64,000 nucleotides of DNA from Vulcanimicrobiales bacterium (GCA_038231455.1 JBBRLI010000003.1:148917-212916); one strand, 5' to 3'. Shown: positions 41,692 through 51,467, counted from the first letter of the stretch. Notes: generated by a model from the sequence alone, not told the origin. Numbers and translations: made by a program.

Positions 41692-41920
41692 CTATGCGTC
41701 GTCGGCATCGAGGATGTCAAGAATGCACGTGAGTTCGGGACGTCCGGCCATCACCGGATTGCGCTCGCGGATGAGCGCTTGGTCGGTCGGCGACGCTCGA
41801 CCACGAACGATTCAAGCTTCGCCCGGCAACTCGGCACGCAGTTTGTCGATGGTGCGCGGGAGCAAGAAGAACCTAAGGAGCGTTTCACGGGCTGGGCGCG
41901 GGCGGGCGTTCGCGGCGCCA
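41692..41920 (-). pseudogene. Decayed DUF5069-like gene
   Basis: Fragments in shifting frames: PRPARETLLRFFLLPRTIDKLRAELPG, KLESFVVE, SPTDQALIRERNPVMAGRPELTCILDILDADDA*. Confidence 0.6.
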
Positions 41921-41954
41921 TCCAAGGTCCTTCGCTCTGCGATTGGTCCACGCA

Positions 41955-41983
41955 TTGACCGCCGGGCATCGGGATGGTAGTCT
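41955..41983 (+). promoter_or_regulatory. Sigma70-type promoter of the hrcA operon
   Basis: TTGACC-17 nt-TAGTCT with TG extension. Confidence 0.75.
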
Positions 41984-41994
41984 TAAGAGTAATT

Positions 41995-42021
41995 CTGGCA
42001 GTCCGTTCTGCCGACTGCTAA
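41995..42021 (+). promoter_or_regulatory. CIRCE operator
   Basis: CTGGCAGTC-N9-GACTGCTAA versus consensus TTAGCACTC-N9-GAGTGCTAA, 7 nt before the hrcA ATG. Confidence 0.88.
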
Positions 42022-42028
42022 CATAACG

Positions 42029-43075
42029 ATGAACGATAAAATCGAGCTCGACAAGCGCAAGGCATTCATTCTGGCGACCGTGGTGTACGAATACATCGCC
42101 ACGGCCGAACCGGTTGGTTCCAACACGCTCACCCAGAAGTATAATCTGGGCGTCAGCTCGGCGACCATCCGTAACGAGATGGCCGAACTCGAGGCGCTCG
42201 GTTACTTGGTTCAGCCGCACACGTCGGCCGGCCGCGTCCCCTCGGATGCCGGTTATCGGACATATGTCGACCAGTTGATGGCCCCCGAGTCCCTTGCGAA
42301 TGACGAAACGCGGCGGATTCGGGACGAATTTCGGGAAGCCAGCCGCGAACTTGACGGCGTCATCGAGCAAACCTCGCGCCTCCTCTCGGGCCTCTCGCGT
42401 AACGTTGCCTTCGCGCTTGCCCCGGCGCGCGACACGCACATTTTCCGCCATATCCAGCTGATCTGGCTTGGCGAACGCAGCGGCCTTGCCGTGATCGTCA
42501 CCTCGATCGGCGTTGCCTCGCAGATGTCGTTCGAGTGGACCAGCAACGTCAGCGCGGATGACCTCACGCGCCTCTCAAACGCCCTCAATGTCGAACTCCA
42601 CGGCAAGGTGATGGGGGACATCGATCGCGCGACCCTTGCATCCGTCGTCGCCGCGCAGCGGTTAGGCGACGATGTACGCCTGGCGGTGGAATCGGCGTTC
42701 TACGGCGCGCGTCGAAGTGAAGAGACGGCGCTCGCCACTGCGGGCACGCAGAATTTGCTCGACCAACCCGAATTTCATGACTTGCGCAAGTTGCGCTCGA
42801 TCTTACGCATCATCGAGGAGCAGAAGACCCTGTACGATCTCATCGCCGACTCGATGAACGCTGAGGCCGCGACCATTAAAATCGGTCACGAACTCGGTTC
42901 CGACGAAATGGCCGAATGTAGTCTTGTCACCGTGCCGTATAAATTCGGCGACCGCGGCGTTGGCGTGCTCGCGATTCTCGGGCCGCGTCGCATGCCGTAT
43001 GGTCGGCTGATGGCCCTTGCCACCGGCACGGCCGACTCACTCGGCGCCTATTTGGATAACGTCGAGATCCGCTGA
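42029..43075 (+). CDS. hrcA: Heat-inducible repressor HrcA
   Basis: YIATAEPVGS, SSATIRNEM, QPHTSAGRVPSD.GYR.YVD, GPRRMPY. Confidence 0.97.
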   Translation: MNDKIELDKRKAFILATVVYEYIATAEPVGSNTLTQKYNLGVSSATIRNEMAELEALGYLVQPHTSAGRVPSDAGYRTYVDQLMAPESLANDETRRIRDEFREASRELDGVIEQTSRLLSGLSRNVAFALAPARDTHIFRHIQLIWLGERSGLAVIVTSIGVASQMSFEWTSNVSADDLTRLSNALNVELHGKVMGDIDRATLASVVAAQRLGDDVRLAVESAFYGARRSEETALATAGTQNLLDQPEFHDLRKLRSILRIIEEQKTLYDLIADSMNAEAATIKIGHELGSDEMAECSLVTVPYKFGDRGVGVLAILGPRRMPYGRLMALATGTADSLGAYLDNVEIR

Positions 43076-44217
43076 TGCCTGCCGACTATTACGAGACCCT
43101 CGGCGTCGCTCGCGACGCGAGCGAGGCTGATATCAAGCGCGCCTACCGCGGTCTTGCGCGCGTTCATCATCCCGATGTCGCCGCCGACAAAGTGACGGCC
43201 GAGAACAAGTTCAAAGAGATCAACGAAGCCTACGAAGTGCTCAGCGATCCGCAGAAGCGTTCGAACTACGATCGTTTCGGGCACGCGGCGACAAACGGCG
43301 GCGGCGGCGGATTCAGCGACTTTGGTGGATTCAGCCAAAGCGGCGAAGGCTTCGGCGATATCTTCGACATGTTCTTCGGGGCGGCTCGCGGTGGCGCGGG
43401 TGCGCAACAGCAGCGTCGCAACGGTCCCGCGCGCGGCAGCGATCTGCGGTACGATCTTGAGATCACGCTCGCCGAGGCGTTCAGCGGAACGCAGCATGAG
43501 ATTTCATTCAACCACCTCGCGTCGTGCGCGACGTGCAAAGGTAGCGGTGCCGAACCCGGTACACTCATCTCGGCGTGCGATCGCTGCGGTGGCACGGGGG
43601 CAATGCGTCAGGTGCGCCAGACGCCGCTCGGACAATTCGTCACGCAGACCGCATGTACGAAGTGCGGCGGCGACGGCCAAATGATTCCGACGCCGTGCCA
43701 TACGTGTAGTGGCCGCGGGCGCACGGAAACCGAAAAGACGATGACCGTCAAGATTCCCGCAGGCGTCGATGACGGCAGTCGCATTCGCATCACCGGCAGC
43801 GGTGAGGGCGGCATGCGCGGCGGCAAAGACGGCGATCTCTACATCTATTTGAGCGTGAAGCGCGACGCGCGCTTTCGTCGCGATGGGATGGATATTTACG
43901 TCGACGTGCCGATCGCATTCACGCAGGCCGCACTCGGCGGTGAAATCACGGTACCATCGCTTGAAGGCGAACTGCCCCTGAGCGTTTCTGCCGGCACGCA
44001 AACCGGCGCAACCTACCGGCTGCGCGGACGTGGCATGCCGAGCGTCCGGGGGACGCAGCGCGGCGACGAACTCATCACCGTGCACGTACTCGTGCCGCAG
44101 AAACTTTCGCGTCGAGAAAAAGAACTGCTCGAAGAACTCGCCTCGCTCGGCGGCAGCCGCGTCGAAGACGAAAAGTCGTTCTTCGCCCGCGTCAAAGACG
44201 CGTTCAAAGCCGACTAG
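43075..44217 (+). CDS. dnaJ: Chaperone DnaJ
   Basis: HPD J-domain, G/F region, four CxxCxGxG repeats. Confidence 0.97.
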   Translation: MPADYYETLGVARDASEADIKRAYRGLARVHHPDVAADKVTAENKFKEINEAYEVLSDPQKRSNYDRFGHAATNGGGGGFSDFGGFSQSGEGFGDIFDMFFGAARGGAGAQQQRRNGPARGSDLRYDLEITLAEAFSGTQHEISFNHLASCATCKGSGAEPGTLISACDRCGGTGAMRQVRQTPLGQFVTQTACTKCGGDGQMIPTPCHTCSGRGRTETEKTMTVKIPAGVDDGSRIRITGSGEGGMRGGKDGDLYIYLSVKRDARFRRDGMDIYVDVPIAFTQAALGGEITVPSLEGELPLSVSAGTQTGATYRLRGRGMPSVRGTQRGDELITVHVLVPQKLSRREKELLEELASLGGSRVEDEKSFFARVKDAFKAD

Positions 44218-44220
44218 CGG

Positions 44221-44955
44221 TTGCGCGACCGCTTCTTCGTTGAAGGCGTGCACGCCGTCGGAGACGTGCTGCAACTCGGCGATGACGACGCGCGCAAACT
44301 GACGGCGGTCCTGCGCAAGAATACGGGTGACCGCGTGCAGATCGTCGATTCGTCCGGCACGGCGTATGCTGCGACGTTGACCGTCGACAACCGGCGCGTT
44401 GATGTGAGACTCGATGCAATCTTCGACCGCGGCCCGGTCGAATCGAATCTCTCGGTTACGATCGCGCAAGGGATCCCCAAGGGATCCAAGATGGATCTTA
44501 TCGTTGAGAAGTGTACCGAACTCGGCGCCGCGGCGTTCGTCCCGGTGCGCAGTTTCCGCGTCGTCGGCGAACGCACGGGCGACCACAAAATCGAACGCTG
44601 GCAGCGCATTGCAAAATCCGCTGCGCAGCAATCGGGGCGCACGACCGTACCAACGGTTGCGCCGATTGCGACGTGGGATCAGCTGATCGCAACGTTCCCG
44701 CAGTACGATCACGTGTATCTCCCGTGGGAACTCGCCGATCCCGCGGAATTGCGCTCATGGCTTCCGGCAGATCTCGAATCAGCCAAACGCGTGATGTTCG
44801 TTGTCGGTCCCGAAGGCGGTTTTTCCTCAGATGAAGTCGAGCGCGCAAGCAAAGCCGGAGCGAAGCCGATTTCGCTCGGTCGCCGCATCTTGCGCACGGA
44901 AACGGCTGCGCTTGCGATTCTTGCAGTCGTTGCATACGCGCGCGGCGAGATGTAG
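44221..44955 (+). CDS. rsmE: 16S rRNA m3U1498 methyltransferase
   Basis: EKCTELG, GPEGGF, SLGRRILRTETA. Confidence 0.96.
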   Translation: MRDRFFVEGVHAVGDVLQLGDDDARKLTAVLRKNTGDRVQIVDSSGTAYAATLTVDNRRVDVRLDAIFDRGPVESNLSVTIAQGIPKGSKMDLIVEKCTELGAAAFVPVRSFRVVGERTGDHKIERWQRIAKSAAQQSGRTTVPTVAPIATWDQLIATFPQYDHVYLPWELADPAELRSWLPADLESAKRVMFVVGPEGGFSSDEVERASKAGAKPISLGRRILRTETAALAILAVVAYARGEM

Positions 44956-45037
44956 GAGCGAATCGCTTCATTCCGGACACCGGCGCGATTGACACGGCGG
45001 GCAAGGGAAGCGATGGTTCCGCAACGGACTCCCCGCC

Positions 45038-46882
45038 ATGATTCGCAATAACCGTTTTGCGCGCGCTTTTCAACGCTGCATTGCCGTCGCGTTCGCTACC
45101 GTGCTTGTGGCAACGGCGCCGCTGCCGATCCGCTCGGCTGCAACTGACCCGACCTGCGACGAGCCGGCGAACGCTGCCGCATGCGCGGGCATACGCGGTG
45201 ACCGCTCGGAGGGGTGGCTGCAGCAGACGCGCTCGCCCGTGGCCGCAACGCACGGCATGGTGACGACGAGCCAGCCGCTTGCGGCTCAAGCCGGATTGCA
45301 GATCCTGCGCGAGGGTGGGAACGCTGTTGATGCAGCCGTCGCAGCGGCAGCGGTCCTCAACGTAACGGAGCCAATGAACGTCGGTGTCGCGGGCGATCTT
45401 TTCGCCATCGTGTATACGGCGCGCGACCACGCGATCCACGTGCTCGATGCGAGCGGACGCGCGCCGACCGGCGCAACGGTCGCACATATGAACGCGCTCG
45501 GCTACGCCTACGATCCGAAAAACTGGGGCCCGGGATCGGGGATGCCGCGCGGCGGAATTCTCGACGTGACCGTGCCCGGTACCGTGTGGGGCTGGGATGA
45601 AGTGCTGCATCGGTACGGCACGATGACGTTCGCGCGGGTACTCGCGCCGGCGGTTGATTACGCGCAAAACGGCTTCCCCGTCTCGGAACGCATCGCACAT
45701 GACTGGCGCCTGCCGAACGCCTTGCCGCTGCGCAAATGTTGCTCGGAGTTGGACCCGGATTCGGTGAAGGCGTGGTATATCGACGGACAGCCACCGCGGA
45801 CGGGCCAAATCTATCGCAATCCGGATCTTGCCAAGACGTTCCGCATCTTGCAGAAGCGCGGGCGAGGCGGTTTTTATACGGGTGAAGTCGCGCGCGCGCT
45901 GGTGGCAAAATCGACCGCGCTTGGCGGCACGATGACGCTTGCGGATCTTGCCGGGTATCGCGGCCAATGGGTGACGCCCGTCCGCACCACCTATCATGGC
46001 GCGGAGATCATCGAGCTACCGCCGCCCTCGCAAGGATTCGCCGCGAACGAAGCGCTCAACATCCTCGAGGCGTGCGTCCCGATCGTTGCGCCCGGCCAGA
46101 CACTCGCTTCCCTCGGTCCGGCTAGCCCGCTTTACTGGCATTTCCTCGTCGAAGCGAAGAAACTCGCGTACGCCGACATGTACGCAACGGATGGCGATCC
46201 GGACGTCACGCCCGTACCGACAGCAAAACTACTCTCGAAAGACTATGCCGCATCGCTCTGCGCGAAGATCGATCCGGCAAAAGCATCGACGCCCCGCGCG
46301 CCGGGGACCGGCACGGGTACGGGCGACACGATCGTCCTCTCGACGGCGGACCGTGAGGGCAACATGGTCTCGTGGGTTAACAGTAACTTTGCCGGTTTCG
46401 GTTCCGGAATTACGGTGCCGGGATACGGTTTCATTCTCCACAATCGCGGTGGCCTCTTCACGCTCGACCCGAAAAGTCCAAACGCGATCGCCCCGCATAA
46501 GCGCCCATTCAATACGCTTGCGACCGCTTTGATCCTCAAAGGCGGCGCACCGTTCCTCGCATTAGGTTTGATGGGCGGCGACATGCAGGCCCAGGGCCAC
46601 GAACAAGTCCTGGTCGACATACTCGATCTCGGAGCGAACGTCCAGCAGGCGGGCGACATGGCGCGCTTCCGGCACTCGCAGATCCCAAACGCGCTCACCA
46701 TGGAGTCGCAACTCTACGCGATGATCGGCAAACAGCTTACCGCAATGGGACATAACGTTACGTCGGTGAACCGCGAACCGATGGGCGGCTATCAAGCAAT
46801 CATGGTGACGCGTGACGCGGGACAAACCGTCTATCGCGGCGGTTCAGACTTCGGTAAAGACGGCCAGGCTGTCGGATGGTGA
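45038..46882 (+). CDS. ggt: Gamma-glutamyltransferase family protein (secreted)
   Basis: GGNAVDAAVA, VPGTV.GW, PPPSQG, DT autoprocessing Thr, KRPFNT, MGGDMQAQG. Confidence 0.93.
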   Translation: MIRNNRFARAFQRCIAVAFATVLVATAPLPIRSAATDPTCDEPANAAACAGIRGDRSEGWLQQTRSPVAATHGMVTTSQPLAAQAGLQILREGGNAVDAAVAAAAVLNVTEPMNVGVAGDLFAIVYTARDHAIHVLDASGRAPTGATVAHMNALGYAYDPKNWGPGSGMPRGGILDVTVPGTVWGWDEVLHRYGTMTFARVLAPAVDYAQNGFPVSERIAHDWRLPNALPLRKCCSELDPDSVKAWYIDGQPPRTGQIYRNPDLAKTFRILQKRGRGGFYTGEVARALVAKSTALGGTMTLADLAGYRGQWVTPVRTTYHGAEIIELPPPSQGFAANEALNILEACVPIVAPGQTLASLGPASPLYWHFLVEAKKLAYADMYATDGDPDVTPVPTAKLLSKDYAASLCAKIDPAKASTPRAPGTGTGTGDTIVLSTADREGNMVSWVNSNFAGFGSGITVPGYGFILHNRGGLFTLDPKSPNAIAPHKRPFNTLATALILKGGAPFLALGLMGGDMQAQGHEQVLVDILDLGANVQQAGDMARFRHSQIPNALTMESQLYAMIGKQLTAMGHNVTSVNREPMGGYQAIMVTRDAGQTVYRGGSDFGKDGQAVGW

Positions 46883-47932
46883 TGAAATTTTCACGCTGCG
46901 CGAGATCGCACGGGCGATTGCCGGTCCCGTCAAGATGACGACGAATACGCGCAAGATTTGTAGCGATACGACCAGCGAGACGTTCGCGCCGCTGCCGATC
47001 GCTATAAGTGCAACCGCATCGAGCCCGCCCGGGCTTGTCGCCAAGTATGCGGTGAGTCCATCCACATGAGCGTAGCGCGTCAATCCCGCCGCAACGAGGC
47101 CGCAGAGTGCGATGAGGGCAACGACCGAGACGAGTAACGTCGGTAGCGCGCGAAGCGCGTAGCGCACCGTCTCGGGTGTATATCGCAGGCCGATGTAAAG
47201 GCCGAGCGCGGAGTACGCCGCCTCGATTGCAAGCGTCGGCACTTCGAGGTGCACGATCCCCGTCGCGTGGAGCGTCGCGCCGAGCACCAGCGGTCCCAAG
47301 AGCGCGCCCGAAGGCAGTCGGATCACGCGCGCGATCGCGTAGCCGATTGCTGCGACGAGAACCGTTTCACCAAGGCCGATCGCATCGAAATGCTCGATCG
47401 GAACATTGACCGACGCCGCGTGCGCGCCGGTGAAGAATGCGCGTGTTACAAGCGACGTGGACGCGACCACGAGCGCAACGCGCAGATATTGCATGAAGGC
47501 GACCAGTCGTGGGTCCGCGCCAAATTCTTCGCTCATTAAGACCATCGCCGATGCCGCGCCCGGCGCCGATCCCCAAGCAGCCGTCGCTTCCGGCAAGACA
47601 CGGAGTCGCGTGATAACGTAACCAACGAGGGCGCTTGCGAGGACGGTCTTGACGACAACGCCGATCATGATCGGCCAATCATGCGCGACGGCGATGAGAA
47701 TCGCGGGCTCAAATGTTCGCGCGACCATGCACCCGATCGCAATTTGCGCGGCCGTCGCAAACCAGCGCGGTGGCGTCAGCGACGGCTGGACGCTGACGCC
47801 ATACACGATGCCGACGAGCATCGGTCCGAGCAGCCATGCCCCGGGCACGCCGAGTCGGCTAAGGCCGAGGGCGACGGCAACGGCCGCGAGGACGAGAACC
47901 AGCCACGCGACGCGCCGATCGGAAATCCGCAA
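46844..47932 (-). CDS. AbrB-family (putative ammonia monooxygenase-like) membrane protein
   Basis: Duplicated halves with P.AWLLGPM / PSGALLGPL, APGAASAM / SPGGLDAV, QYLRV / QILRV; start uncertain. Confidence 0.88.
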   Translation of the reverse strand: MRISDRRVAWLVLVLAAVAVALGLSRLGVPGAWLLGPMLVGIVYGVSVQPSLTPPRWFATAAQIAIGCMVARTFEPAILIAVAHDWPIMIGVVVKTVLASALVGYVITRLRVLPEATAAWGSAPGAASAMVLMSEEFGADPRLVAFMQYLRVALVVASTSLVTRAFFTGAHAASVNVPIEHFDAIGLGETVLVAAIGYAIARVIRLPSGALLGPLVLGATLHATGIVHLEVPTLAIEAAYSALGLYIGLRYTPETVRYALRALPTLLVSVVALIALCGLVAAGLTRYAHVDGLTAYLATSPGGLDAVALIAIGSGANVSLVVSLQILRVFVVILTGPAIARAISRSVKISSPSDSLAVFTEV

Positions 47933-48003
47933 AACATGCTCGTCAATGCAGACGGTTGATCCGGAGTTTCGCCCGATCGCCGGCAGGAGGCCGCTGGCCA
48001 AAG

Positions 48004-48022
48004 TGATATCACGTTGATATCA
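48004..48022. promoter_or_regulatory. Double palindromic operator TGATATCA-N3-TGATATCA
   Basis: Two identical perfect 8-bp palindromes 11 bp apart, between divergent genes. Confidence 0.7.
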
Positions 48023-48037
48023 TGAGAACGAGCAAAG

Positions 48038-48286
48038 GTGTCGACGCCCAGGTCCAGCGATGAGCTGCGTGCGTTTGCCGCTCGACTCGAGCCCAAGCTC
48101 TATGAGGAGCTAAAAGTTCGGGCCGATCGGGAGCGCAAGAGCATGAACACGCTGCTCAATGAAGCGCTGGACGGACATTTTTATGAATTGCGCGGCGCAA
48201 AAGATTTGCTCGTGCGTATTTTGCGTGCGATTGCGGCCGACGAACCGGCAATTCGCCGAGCGCTCGATGAGTCGAGCGCCTCATGA
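48038..48286 (+). CDS. Arc/ribbon-helix-helix DNA-binding protein
   Basis: AFAARLEPKLYEELKVRADRERKSMNTLLNEAL matches the Arc-like pattern. Confidence 0.78.
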   Translation: MSTPRSSDELRAFAARLEPKLYEELKVRADRERKSMNTLLNEALDGHFYELRGAKDLLVRILRAIAADEPAIRRALDESSAS

Positions 48287-48612
48287 ATCCACGGGAAAGC
48301 ATTGCACGAGAGGCGTATTCGAACCGGTCCATGCCACGCACACTTGAGAATCTGACCCAAGGCACCGCCGTTCTCTGCGGAGAGACGCGCGTTGGAGCCG
48401 TCCTATCCGTCTACGCGGAGGGCGAGACGCGCTCGGCTGCGCTCATTATTGTCGAATGGGACGGCCGCCCCGGTCCCGTCTCGCTACCCGCAAACGAAGT
48501 CATGACGATCGACGAACGCGGCGTGGTGTTGATGAACGCCGATCCCGCGTACTATGCCTCGCTCGTCGAATTCGATGCATCGCGATTTCCAACGGTGCAC
48601 AAACTCACGTGA
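48283..48612 (+). CDS. Hypothetical protein, PRC-barrel-like
   Basis: GTAVLCGETRVGAV...VSLPANEVMTIDERGVVL; ATGA and GTGA overlaps on the two sides. Confidence 0.6.
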   Translation: MNPRESIAREAYSNRSMPRTLENLTQGTAVLCGETRVGAVLSVYAEGETRSAALIIVEWDGRPGPVSLPANEVMTIDERGVVLMNADPAYYASLVEFDASRFPTVHKLT

Positions 48613-49313
48613 AATTCTCGCTCGTCGTCCCCACCTATAACGAGGCCGGCGGTATCGAACGGCTGATCACCACGCTCGACGAGATCTTCAAAAAGAACAA
48701 TCTCGATGGCGAAATCATCGTCGTCGACGACAACTCTCCCGACGGTACCGGTGCGATCGTCGATCGGCTTGCGCTCACGCATCCGGTGCGCTGCCTGCAT
48801 CGGCCGGGAAAACTCGGCCTGTCCTCGGGCGTGATCGACGGCTGGGCGTTCGCACGCCCCGAGTCGGAGGCAGTCGGGGCGATGGATGCTGATTTCTCGC
48901 ACGATGCCAACATCGTTCCGCGTATGGTCAAGGCGCTCGAAGACGGTTACGGTCTTGCGATCGGCTCGCGCTACGTTCCCGGCGGCGGTATCGAAAACTG
49001 GCCGATGAAGCGCAAGATCACCTCGCTCGTTGCCATCGCTCTTGCAAAGCCGCTGACGCCGGTGCGCGATATTACCTCGGGATTCTTCCTGATCAAGCGC
49101 GACGCGCTGACCGGCGTGGAACTCGATCCGATCGGTTTCAAAATCGGTCTTGAAGTGATCGCGAAAGCGCACTACGGCCGCGTGATCGAGATTCCGTACG
49201 TGTTCACCGACCGGATCGTCGGCGAGTCCAAACTCAATCAAAAAGAGATCGTGAATTATCTGCGTCAGCTCGGGCGCATATACGCGCTCAAGTTCTCGGG
49301 GGGCAAACGCTAA
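48609..49313 (+). CDS. GT2 polyprenol-phosphate mannose synthase-like glycosyltransferase
   Basis: VVPTYNE, VVDDNSPDGT, MDADFSH, GSRYVPGG, DITSGF, GESK; start GTG 48609. Confidence 0.92.
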   Translation: MKFSLVVPTYNEAGGIERLITTLDEIFKKNNLDGEIIVVDDNSPDGTGAIVDRLALTHPVRCLHRPGKLGLSSGVIDGWAFARPESEAVGAMDADFSHDANIVPRMVKALEDGYGLAIGSRYVPGGGIENWPMKRKITSLVAIALAKPLTPVRDITSGFFLIKRDALTGVELDPIGFKIGLEVIAKAHYGRVIEIPYVFTDRIVGESKLNQKEIVNYLRQLGRIYALKFSGGKR

Positions 49314-50188
49314 TGTCGATGCCCGAATGGCTGCGGATTCGTAAGAACCGCGACGTGACGACGCAAGACGCGGCGCTCTGGACGAAGTGTCCCAAATGCA
49401 GCGAGATGCTCTACCGCAAGGATCTTGCGGCAAATCAGTTCGTCTGCTCGAAGTGTCACCACCACTTCCGCATGCACGCCTTCGACCGCATTAGCATGCT
49501 CGTCGATAACGACTTCAATGAAATCGGCGCCGATATTATGCCGCGCGATCCGCTCGGGTGGGTCGACAAAGCCGCGTATCCGGCGAAACTCGAAAAGGAT
49601 CGCGTGAAATCGCACCTTACCGAAGGCGTCGTCTGCGGCTTTGGGGCGATCGGCGGCTTTCCGGTGGCCTTGGGCGTGATGGACTTCAATTTTCGCGGCG
49701 GCACGATGGGCACCGTCGTGGGCGAACGGATAGCACTCCTATTCGAGCTCGCACGCGAACGGCATGTGCCATGTATCATCTTCACCGCATCCGGCGGTGC
49801 GCGGATGGAAGAAGGCATGCTTGCCCTCATGCAGATGGCGAAAACCACGCTTGCCGTGCGCCGCTTTATCGAAGCCGGCAATTTTTATATTTCGGTGCTC
49901 ACCGATCCGACGACGGGCGGGGTCTCCGCCTCGTTTGCCTTTCAAGCCGACATCATCGTCGCTGAGGCACGCGCAGCGATCGGCTTTGCCGGCCGCCGCG
50001 TGATCGAGCAAACCGTCCGCCAGAAGCTCCCCGACAATTTCCAGACTGCTGAGTTCTTACTCGAACGCGGTGCGATCGATCTTGTGGTCGAACGCAACGT
50101 CTTACGCGATCAACTGGTGCGGTTGCTCGACTATGGTTCGAACGCAAGTCTCGCAGCCAACGGCCGCGCGAACGGGGTGCATGCGTGA
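49313..50188 (+). CDS. accD: Acetyl-CoA carboxylase carboxyltransferase beta subunit
   Basis: LWTKCPKC...CSKC, GGTMG, SGGARM, PTTGGVSASFA, FQTAEFL. Confidence 0.97.
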   Translation: MSMPEWLRIRKNRDVTTQDAALWTKCPKCSEMLYRKDLAANQFVCSKCHHHFRMHAFDRISMLVDNDFNEIGADIMPRDPLGWVDKAAYPAKLEKDRVKSHLTEGVVCGFGAIGGFPVALGVMDFNFRGGTMGTVVGERIALLFELARERHVPCIIFTASGGARMEEGMLALMQMAKTTLAVRRFIEAGNFYISVLTDPTTGGVSASFAFQADIIVAEARAAIGFAGRRVIEQTVRQKLPDNFQTAEFLLERGAIDLVVERNVLRDQLVRLLDYGSNASLAANGRANGVHA

Positions 50189-51165
50189 ACGTCATCGTCG
50201 AACGCGAGAAGTCGCTTGCGGAGCTCGAAGAACGGATCGCGTCTTTGCGCGCGCACGCGCAAGATCAGCCGGTCGATTTTTCGAGCGAACTCGGTGCCTT
50301 CGAAGCCAAGTACCAGCAGATTCTCCAAGAGATCTTCGGATCTCTCACACCTTGGCAACGCGTCAATATGGCACGCCATCCCAAACGCCCGATCGCAAGC
50401 GACTATCTTGCGGCGCTCGATGCCTTCGACGAATTGCACGGCGATCGCCACTTCCGCGACGATCCCGCCATCATGTGCGGTTTTGCCAAGTTGCACGGCC
50501 GGCGCGTGATGATCATGGCTCAAGAAAAAGGCCGGGACGTCAAAGATAAAGTCAAACGCAACTTTGGCATGGTCACGCCGGAGGGGTACCGCAAGGTAAC
50601 TCGCCTGGTGAAACTTGCCGAGCATTTGAAATTGCCGATCGTGACGCTCATTGACACCTCGGGTGCTGATCCCGGCATTGCCTCAGAAGAACACGCGCAG
50701 TCAGAAGCGATCGCCATGGCGCTCTATGCATTCGCCCAGGCGCGTACGCCGGTTGTTGCCACGATCATCGGCGAAGGCGGCAGCGGCGGAGCGTTGGCGC
50801 TCGGAATCGCCGATCGCGTGATGATGCTGGAAAACTCCACGTACTCCGTCGCCTCGCCCGAAGGGTGCGCCGCGATTCTCTGGGGCGATGCGAGCAAAGC
50901 CGATGAAGCAGCGGAGCGCCTCAAACTCACGAGTTCCGACTTGCTCGGCTTTGGAATCGTCGATGAAATCATCCCGGAGCCGCTCGGTGGTGCGCACCGA
51001 GATGCTGCGGGCGTGATCGCTCGCGTGTTCGAGACGATCGATGGCGCAATCGGCAAACTGACCGCCTCCAGCGGCGAGGAACTCATCGCTTCTCGCTACG
51101 AAAAATACCGGACGATCGGCAGTTGGCAGCGCGATCGCTCCGCATCGGTTGCGCAAGCGCCGTGA
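50185..51165 (+). CDS. accA: Acetyl-CoA carboxylase carboxyltransferase alpha subunit
   Basis: ARHPKRP, ELHGDR, NFGM..PEGYRK, GEGGSGGALA, EPLGGAH. Confidence 0.97.
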   Translation: MNVIVEREKSLAELEERIASLRAHAQDQPVDFSSELGAFEAKYQQILQEIFGSLTPWQRVNMARHPKRPIASDYLAALDAFDELHGDRHFRDDPAIMCGFAKLHGRRVMIMAQEKGRDVKDKVKRNFGMVTPEGYRKVTRLVKLAEHLKLPIVTLIDTSGADPGIASEEHAQSEAIAMALYAFAQARTPVVATIIGEGGSGGALALGIADRVMMLENSTYSVASPEGCAAILWGDASKADEAAERLKLTSSDLLGFGIVDEIIPEPLGGAHRDAAGVIARVFETIDGAIGKLTASSGEELIASRYEKYRTIGSWQRDRSASVAQAP

Positions 51166-51467
51166 AACGCAGCGCCGGAGTCGTTCGACTAATCGGTCGG
51201 ATCGGTGCCCTTGGCATCGCCGGTGTTTTTCTTGCACTCGTCGCGCTGCAGTTCGTGCGGATCGCGGGCCAAAATATGGCGCTCGCGCACACGCTGCGCG
51301 ATGTCGAAGGTGACGTGAAGGCGCTCGACGCTAAGCGTCTGGCTCAACTGCGCACGATCGCGCGCCTTTCGGATCCTCGCGGTGCGGTTCCGGAGATTCA
51401 CGAACGTCTCCACTTGGTGGGCGACGGTGAGGCGATCATCTACTTGAAGCGCACACATGCCCCCTGA
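51162..51467 (+). CDS. Septum formation initiator FtsB/DivIC family protein
   Basis: One TM, coiled coil, LSDP...HERLHLVGDGEAII C-terminal motif. Confidence 0.75.
   Translation: MKRSAGVVRLIGRIGALGIAGVFLALVALQFVRIAGQNMALAHTLRDVEGDVKALDAKRLAQLRTIARLSDPRGAVPEIHERLHLVGDGEAIIYLKRTHAP

Noticed and set aside
44989-45037. Possible riboswitch before ggt (GGCGGG/CCCGCC pairing, GCGATGGT)
   Set aside because: Too short and lacks the full fluoride or c-di-GMP consensus; more likely promoter sequence (TTGACA at 44989)
44498-45997. Long antisense ORFs (also 1864-3114, 2195-3421, 32407-33816, 43504-44712)
   Set aside because: Shadow frames of well-supported genes in high-GC DNA; no motifs
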